Source of the DNA: Auanema rhodensis
Taxonomy: Eukaryota > Animalia > Nematoda
DNA length: 64,000 nucleotides
Direction of reading: 5' to 3'
Assembly: GCA_964057225.1 (NCBI GenBank)
Contig: OZ059899.1
Location: forward strand, 18,972,001 to 19,036,000
How positions within the stretch are numbered: position 1 is the first letter of the stretch; every line of letters begins with the position of its first letter. The translations under genes were made by a program, and so were the position numbers. Below, in pieces: positions 57,001-64,000 of this stretch. Under the pieces are notes generated by a model. The model did not search any database. It had not been told where the DNA came from and worked only from the letters and a program-made list of their open reading frames with translations.

Positions 57001-60000
57001 CGATGGACAATGTTATTCAACGAAAAAATTAATTCTGCAGAATGAAAATCGAGGATATAAGTGTGAACTTATATCAGTTGATATCTCGGTGCGTTTTCAA
57101 GCTAGCGCAAATCTGATAACACAGATCGACGCAGCTTAAAAATCCTTATCGAATGCACTATACAACATTGAGAAACGCTTAATACAAAAATTAGTTATGA
57201 TCGTTTGAAAAAAGATGCATTAGTGTATGTTGAGTTTCCATGTACACTCAACATTGCTTCCAAAAACATTTTGACAAAAATTTTTCCAAAAAATTTCAAA
57301 ATAATTTCGCAAAAAGTAGATGTTTTTAGATTCCTTTTTTCAAGGCAAAGACGATGGACAATGTTATTCAACGAAAAATTTAATTCTCCAGGGTGAAAAT
57401 CGAGGATGTAAGTGTGAATTTATATAAGTTGATATCTCGGTGCATTTTTAAGCTAGCGCAAATCTGATAACACAGATCGACGCAGCGTAAAAATCCGCAT
57501 CGAATGCACTATACAACATTGAGAAACGCTTAATACAAAAATTAGTTATGATCGTTTGAAAAATGATGCATTAGTGTATGTTGAGTTTCCATGTACACTC
57601 AACATTGCTTCCAAAAACATTTTGACAAAAATTTTTCCAAAAAATTTCAAAATAATTTCGCAAAAAGTAAATGTTTTTAGATTCCGTTTCTCAAGGCAAA
57701 GACGATGGACAATGTTATTCAACGAAAAAATTAATTCTGCAGAATGAAAATCGAGGATATAAGTGTGAATTTATATAAGTTGATATCTCGGTGCATTTTT
57801 AAGCTAGCGCAAATCTGATAACACAGATCGACGCAGCGTAAAAATCCGCATCGAATGCACTATACAACATTGAGAAACGCTTAATACAAAAATTAGTTAT
57901 GATCGTTTGAAAAATGATGCATTAGTGTATGTTGAGTTTCCATGTACACTCAACATTGCTTCCAAAAACATTTTGACAAAACTTTTTCCGGAAAATTTCA
58001 AAATAATTTCGCAAAAAGTAGATGTTTTTAGATTCCTTTTTTCAAGGCAAAGACGATGGACAATGTTATTCAACGAAAAATTTAATTCTCCAGGGTGAAA
58101 ATCGAGGATGTTAGTGTGAACTTATATCAGTTGATATCTCGGTGCATTTTTAAGCTAGCGCAAATCTGATAACACAGATCGACGCAGCTTAAAAATCCGC
58201 ATCGAATGCACTATACAACATTGAGAAACGCTTGATACAAAAATTAGTTATGATCGTTTGAAAAAAGATGCATTAGTGTATGTTGAGTTTCCATGTACAC
58301 TCAACATTGCTTCCAAAAACATTTTGACAAAAATTTTTCCAAAAAATTTCAAAATAATTTCGCAAAAAGTAAATGTTTTTAGATTCCGTTTCTCAAGGCA
58401 AAGACGATGGACAATGTTATTCAACGAAAAAATTAATTCTGCAGAATGAAAATCGAGGATATAAGTGTGAACTTATATCAGTTGATATCTCGGTGAATTT
58501 TTAAGCTAGCGCAAATCTGATAACACAGATCGACGCAGCTTAAAAATCCCCATCGAATGCACTATACTACATTGAGAAACGCTTAATACAAAAATTAGTT
58601 ATGATCGTTTGAAAAAAGATGCATTAGTGTAAGTTGAGTTTCCATGTACACTCAACATTGCTTCCAAAAACATTTTGACAAAAATTTTTCCGAAAAATTT
58701 CAAAATAATTTCGCAAAAAGTAGATGTTTTTAGATTCCTTTTTTCAAGGCAAAGACGATGGACAAAGTTATTCAACGAAAAAATTAATTCTGCAGGGTGA
58801 AAATCGAGGATATAAGTGTGAACTTATATCAGTTGATATCTCGGTGCATTTTTAAGCTAGCGCAAATCTGATAACACAGATCGACGCAGCTTAAAAATCC
58901 GCATCGAATGCACTATACAACATTGAGAAACGCTTAATACAAAAATTAGTTATGATCGTTTGAAAAATGATGCATTAGTGTATGTTGAGTTTCCATGTAC
59001 ACTCAACATTGCTTCCAAAAACATTTTGACAAAAATTTTTCCGAAAAATTTCAAAATAATTTCGCGAAAAGTAGATGTTTTTAGATTCCTTTTTTCAAGG
59101 CAAAGACGATGGACAATGTTATTCAACGAAAAAATTAATTCTGCAGGGTGAAAATCGAGGATATAAGTGTGAACTTATATCAGTTGATATCTCGGTGCAT
59201 TTTTAAGCTAGCGCAAATCTGATAACACAGATCGACGCAGCTTAAAAATCCGCATCGAATGCACTATACAACATTGAGAAACGCTTAATACAAAAATTAG
59301 TTATGATCGTTTGAAAAATGATGCATTAGTGTATGTTGAGTTTCCATGTACACTCAACATTGCTTCCAAAAACATTTTGACAAAAATTTTTCCGAAAAAT
59401 TTCAAAATAATTTCGCAAAAAGTAGATGTTTTTAGATTCCTTTTTTCAAGGCAAAGACGATGGACAATGTTATTCAACGAAAAAATTAATTCTCCAGGGT
59501 GAAAATCGAGGATGTAAGTGTGAACTTATATCAGTTGATATCTCGGTGCATTTTTAAGCTAGCGCAAATCTGATAACACAGATCGACGCAGCTTAAAAAT
59601 CCGCATCGAATGCACTATACAACATTGAGAAACGCTTGATACAAAAATTAGTTATGATCGTTTGAAAAAAGATGCATTAGTGTATGTTGAGTTTCCATGT
59701 ACACTCAACATTGCTTCCAAAAACATTTTGACAAAAATTTTTCCAAAAAATTTCAAAATAATTTCGCAAAAAGTAAATGTTTTTAGATTCCGTTTTTCAA
59801 GGCAAAGACGATGGACAATGTTATTCAACGAAAAAATTAATTCTGCAGAATGAAAATCGAGGATATAAGTGTGAACTTATATCAGTTGATATCTCGGTGC
59901 ATTTTTAAGCTAGCGCAAATCTGATAACACAGATCGACGCAGCTTAAAAATCCGCATCGAATGCACTATACTACATTGAGAAACGCTTGATACAAAAATT

Positions 60001-60450
60001 AGTTATGATCGTTTGAAAAAAGATGCATTAGTGTATGTTGAGTTTCCATGTACACTCAACATTGCTTCCAAAAACATTTTGACAAAAATTTTTCCAAAAA
60101 ATTTCAAAATAATTTCGCAAAAAGTAAATGTTTTTAGATTCCGTTTTTCAAGGCAAAGACGATGGACAATGTTATTCAACGAAAAAATTAATTCTGCAGA
60201 ATGAAAATCGAGGATATAAGTGTGAACTTATATCAGTTGATATCTCGGTGCATTTTTAAGCTAGCGCAAATCTGATAACACAGATCGACGCAGCTTAAAA
60301 ATCCGCATCGAATGCACTATACTACATTGAGAAACGCTTAATACAAAAATTAGTTATGATCGTTTGAAAAAAGATGCATTAGTGTAAGTTGAGTTTCCAT
60401 GTACACTCAACATTGCTTCCAAAAACATTTTGACAAAAATTTTTCCGAAA
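48079..60450. repeat. Block duplication: about 13 monomers (48079 to about 52730) repeated at 55801 to about 60450, offset 7722 = 22 x 351
   Basis: Shared rare variants: 'gcgttttcaag/aatccttatc' after 49132/56854, 'aaatttaattctcc' in 49483/57205 and 50185/57907, 'gaatttatataag', 'cagcgtaaaa', 'aaactttttccgg', 'gatgttagt', 'aatccccatc'. Confidence 0.92.
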
Positions 60451-63400
60451 AATTTCAAAATAATTTCGCAAAAAGTAGATGTTTTTAGATTCCTTTTTTC
60501 AAGGCAAAGACGATGGACAATGTTATTTAACGAAAAAATTAATTCTGCAGGGTGAAAATCGAGGATATAAGTGTGAACTTATATCAGTTGATATCTCGGT
60601 GCATTTTTAAGCTAGCGCAAATCTGATAACACAGATCGACGCAGCTTAAAAATCCGCATCGAATGCACTATACTACATTGAGAAACGCTTAATACAAAAA
60701 TTAGTTATGATCGTTTGAAAAAAGATGCATTAGTGTAAGTTGAGTTTCCATGTACACTCAACATTGCTTCCAAAAACATTTTGACAAAAATTTTTCCGAA
60801 AAATTTCAAAATAATTTCGCAAAAAGTAGATGTTTTCAGATTCCTTTTTTCAAGGCAAAAACGATGGACAAAGTTATTCAACGAAAAAATTAATTCTGCA
60901 GGGTGAAAATCGAGGATATAAGTGTGAACTTATATCAGTTGATATCTCGGTGCATTTTTAAGCTAGCGCAAATCTGATAACACAGATCGACGCAGCTTAA
61001 AAATCCGCATCGAATGCACTATACTACATTGAGAAACGCTTGATACAAAAATTAGTTATGATCGTTTGAAAAAAGATGCATTAGTGTATGTTGAGTTTCC
61101 ATGTACACTCAACATTGCTTCCAAAAACATTTTGACAAAAATTTTTCCAAAAAATTTCAAAATAATTTCGCAAAAAGTAAATGTTTTTAGATTCCGTTTT
61201 TCAAGGCAAAGACGATGGACAATGTTATTCAACGAAAAAATTAATTCTGCAGAATGAAAATCGAGGATATAAGTGTGAACTTATATCAGTTGATATCTCG
61301 GTGCATTTTTAAGCTAGCGCAAATCTGATAACACAGATCGACGCAGCTTAAAAATCCGCATCGAATGCACTATACTACATTGAGAAACGCTTAATACAAA
61401 AATTAGTTATGATCGTTTGAAAAAAGATGCATTAGTGTATGTTGAGTTTCCATGTACACTCAACATTGCTTCCAAAAACATTTTGACAAAAATTTTTCCG
61501 AAAAATTTTAAAATAATTTCGCAAAAAGTAGATGTTTTTAGATTCCTTTTTTCAAGGCAAAGACGATGGACAATGTTATTCAACGAAAAAATTAATTCTG
61601 CAGGGTGAAAATCGAGGATATAAGTGTGAACTTATATCAGTTGATATCTCGGTGCATTTTTAAGCTAGCGCAAATCTGATAACACAGATCGACGCAGCTT
61701 AAAAATCCGCATCGAATGCACTATACAACATTGAGAAACGCTTGATACAAAAATTAGTTATGATCGTTTGAAAAAAGATGCATTAGTGTATGTTGAGTTT
61801 CCATGTACACTCAACATTGCTTCCAAAAACATTTTGACAAAAATTTTTCCAAAAAATTTCAAAATAATTTCGCAAAAAGTAAATGTTTTTAGATTCCGTT
61901 TTTCAAGGCAAAGACGATGGACAATGTTATTCAACGAAAAAATTAATTCTGCAGAATGAAAATCGAGGATATAAGTGTGAACTTATATCAGTTGATATCT
62001 CGGTGCATTTTTAAGCTAGCGCAAATCTGATAACACAGATCGACGCAGCTTAAAAATCCGCATCGAATGCACTATACTACATTGAGAAACGCTTGATACA
62101 AAAATTAGTTATGATCGTTTGAAAAAAGATGCATTAGTGTATGTTGAGTTTCCATGTACACTCAACATTGCTTCCAAAAACATTTTGACAAAAATTTTTC
62201 CAAAAAATTTCAAAATAATTTCGCAAAAAGTAAATGTTTTTAGATTCCGTTTCTCAAGGCAAAGACGATGGACAATGTTATTCAACGAAAAAATTAATTC
62301 TGCAGAATGAAAATCGAGGATATAAGTGTGAACTTATATCAGTTGATATCTCGGTGCGTTTTCAAGCTAGCGCAAATCTGATAACACAGATCGACGCAGC
62401 TTAAAAATCCTCATCGAATGCACTATACAACATTGAGAAACGCTTAATACAAAAATTAGTTATGATCGTTTGAAAAAAGATGCATTAGTGTATGTTGAGT
62501 TTCCATGTACACTCAACATTGCTTCCAAAAACATTTTGACAAAAATTTTTCCAAAAAATTTCAAAATAATTTCGCAAAAAGTAGATGTTTTTAGATTCCT
62601 TTTTTCAAGGCAAAGACGATGGACAATGTTATTCAACGAAAAAATTAATTCTGCAGAATGAAAATCGAGGATATAAGTGTGAACTTATATCAGTTGATAT
62701 CTCGGTGCATTTTTAAGCTAGCGCAAATCTGATAACACAGATCGACGCAGCTTAAAAATCCGCATCGAATGCACTATACTACATTGAGAAACGCTTAATA
62801 CAAAAATTAGTTATGATCGTTTGAAAAAAGATGCATTAGTGTATGTTGAGTTTCCATGTACACTCAACATTGCTTCCAAAAACATTTTGACAAAAATTTT
62901 TCCGAAAAATTTCAAAATAATTTCGCAAAAAGTAGATGTTTTTAGATTCCTTTTTTCAAGGCAAAGACGATGGACAATGTTATTTAACGAAAAAATTAAT
63001 TCTGCAGGGTGAAAATCGAGGATATAAGTGTGAACTTATATCAGTTGATATCTCGGTGCATTTTTAAGCTAGCGCAAATCTGATAACACAGATCGACGCA
63101 GCTTAAAAATCCGCATCGAATGCACTATACTACATTGAGAAACGCTTAATACAAAAATTAGTTATGATCGTTTGAAAAAAGATGCATTAGTGTAAGTTGA
63201 GTTTCCATGTACACTCAACATTGCTTCCAAAAACATTTTGACAAAAATTTTTCCGAAAAATTTCAAAATAATTTCGCAAAAAGTAGATGTTTTCAGATTC
63301 CTTTTTTCAAGGCAAAAACGATGGACAAAGTTATTCAACGAAAAAATTAATTCTGCAGGGTGAAAATCGAGGATATAAGTGTGAACTTATATCAGTTGAT

Positions 63401-64000
63401 ATCTCGGTGCATTTTTAAGCTAGCGCAAATCTGATAACACAGATCGACGCAGCTTAAAAATCCGCATCGAATGCACTATACTACATTGAGAAACGCTTGA
63501 TACAAAAATTAGTTATGATCGTTTGAAAAAAGATGCATTAGTGTATGTTGAGTTTCCATGTACACTCAACATTGCTTCCAAAAACATTTTGACAAAAATT
63601 TTTCCAAAAAATTTCAAAATAATTTCGCAAAAAGTAAATGTTTTTAGATTCCGTTTTTCAAGGCAAAGACGATGGACAATGTTATTCAACGAAAAAATTA
63701 ATTCTGCAGAATGAAAATCGAGGATATAAGTGTGAACTTATATCAGTTGATATCTCGGTGCATTTTTAAGCTAGCGCAAATCTGATAACACAGATCGACG
63801 CAGCTTAAAAATCCGCATCGAATGCACTATACTACATTGAGAAACGCTTGATACAAAAATTAGTTATGATCGTTTGAAAAAAGATGCATTAGTGTATGTT
63901 GAGTTTCCATGTACACTCAACATTGCTTCCAAAAACATTTTGACAAAAATTTTTCCAAAAAATTTCAAAATAATTTCGCAAAAAGTAAATGTTTTTAGAT

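Larger units (their letters stand above)
1..64000. repeat. Tandem satellite DNA array, 351-bp AT-rich monomer, about 182 head-to-tail copies, continuing past both window edges
   Basis: The same sequence recurs every 351 bp (ORF-track anchors 336, 687, 1038 ... 63523). All spacings are multiples of 351 except +2, +2 and +3 events. Monomers differ by only a handful of substitutions. Hand count gives 110 G+C in bases 1-351 (about 31%). No unique sequence and no inversion seen. Confidence 0.99.

Noticed and set aside
336-63714. Tandem multigene family encoding a 63-aa peptide with diversified variants
   Set aside because: Non-ATG start, composition dictated by A/T tracts and no recognisable domain. 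Variants are mostly nonsynonymous, and two independent nonsense alleles have been amplified to 23 copies. A short ORF is simply copied with the monomer. Ribosome profiling or proteomics would be needed to revive the idea.
1-64000. CRISPR array or integron-like cassette array (repeated palindromes, with H3 superficially like a bulged attC hairpin)
   Set aside because: The sequence between the palindromes is as repeated as the palindromes themselves. There are no unique spacers or cassettes and no cas or integrase gene.
1-64000. Whole array as a sequencing or assembly concatemer artefact
   Set aside because: Monomers carry structured, linked, position-dependent haplotypes and almost no random indels, which rolling-circle or read-error artefacts would not produce. 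Individual duplications still need read support.

Overview
The whole 64 kb window is one uninterrupted, head-to-tail tandem satellite array with a 351-bp monomer (about 182 copies, all in the same orientation). By hand count of bases 1-351 the monomer is about 31% GC. I see no genes, RNA genes, transposon insertions or CRISPR spacers. The 63-aa ORF repeated in the ORF track is almost certainly an incidental reading frame: it starts with TTG/CTG, most variants change amino acids, and 23 of 181 full units carry amplified stop codons. The real structure lies at two other scales. (1) Each monomer has three dyad-symmetry elements: a 9-bp stem with a 10-nt loop, a 9-bp stem with a GTGA tetraloop, and a roughly 67-nt bulged hairpin with an 11-bp perfect core. 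It also has an A/T-tract segment where variation is concentrated. (2) Diagnostic SNPs reveal local, nested higher-order repeats and block duplications (2-, 3-, 4-, 6- and 8-mers; blocks at 7-, 12-, 17- and 22-monomer offsets), chimeric monomers and three successive variant domains. Monomer length is almost perfectly conserved, with only three net length changes. This fits a eukaryotic (peri)centromeric or heterochromatic satellite under active homogenisation, possibly derived from a hairpin-rich non-autonomous transposon. Host and function cannot be established from sequence alone, and I found no protein-coding system.
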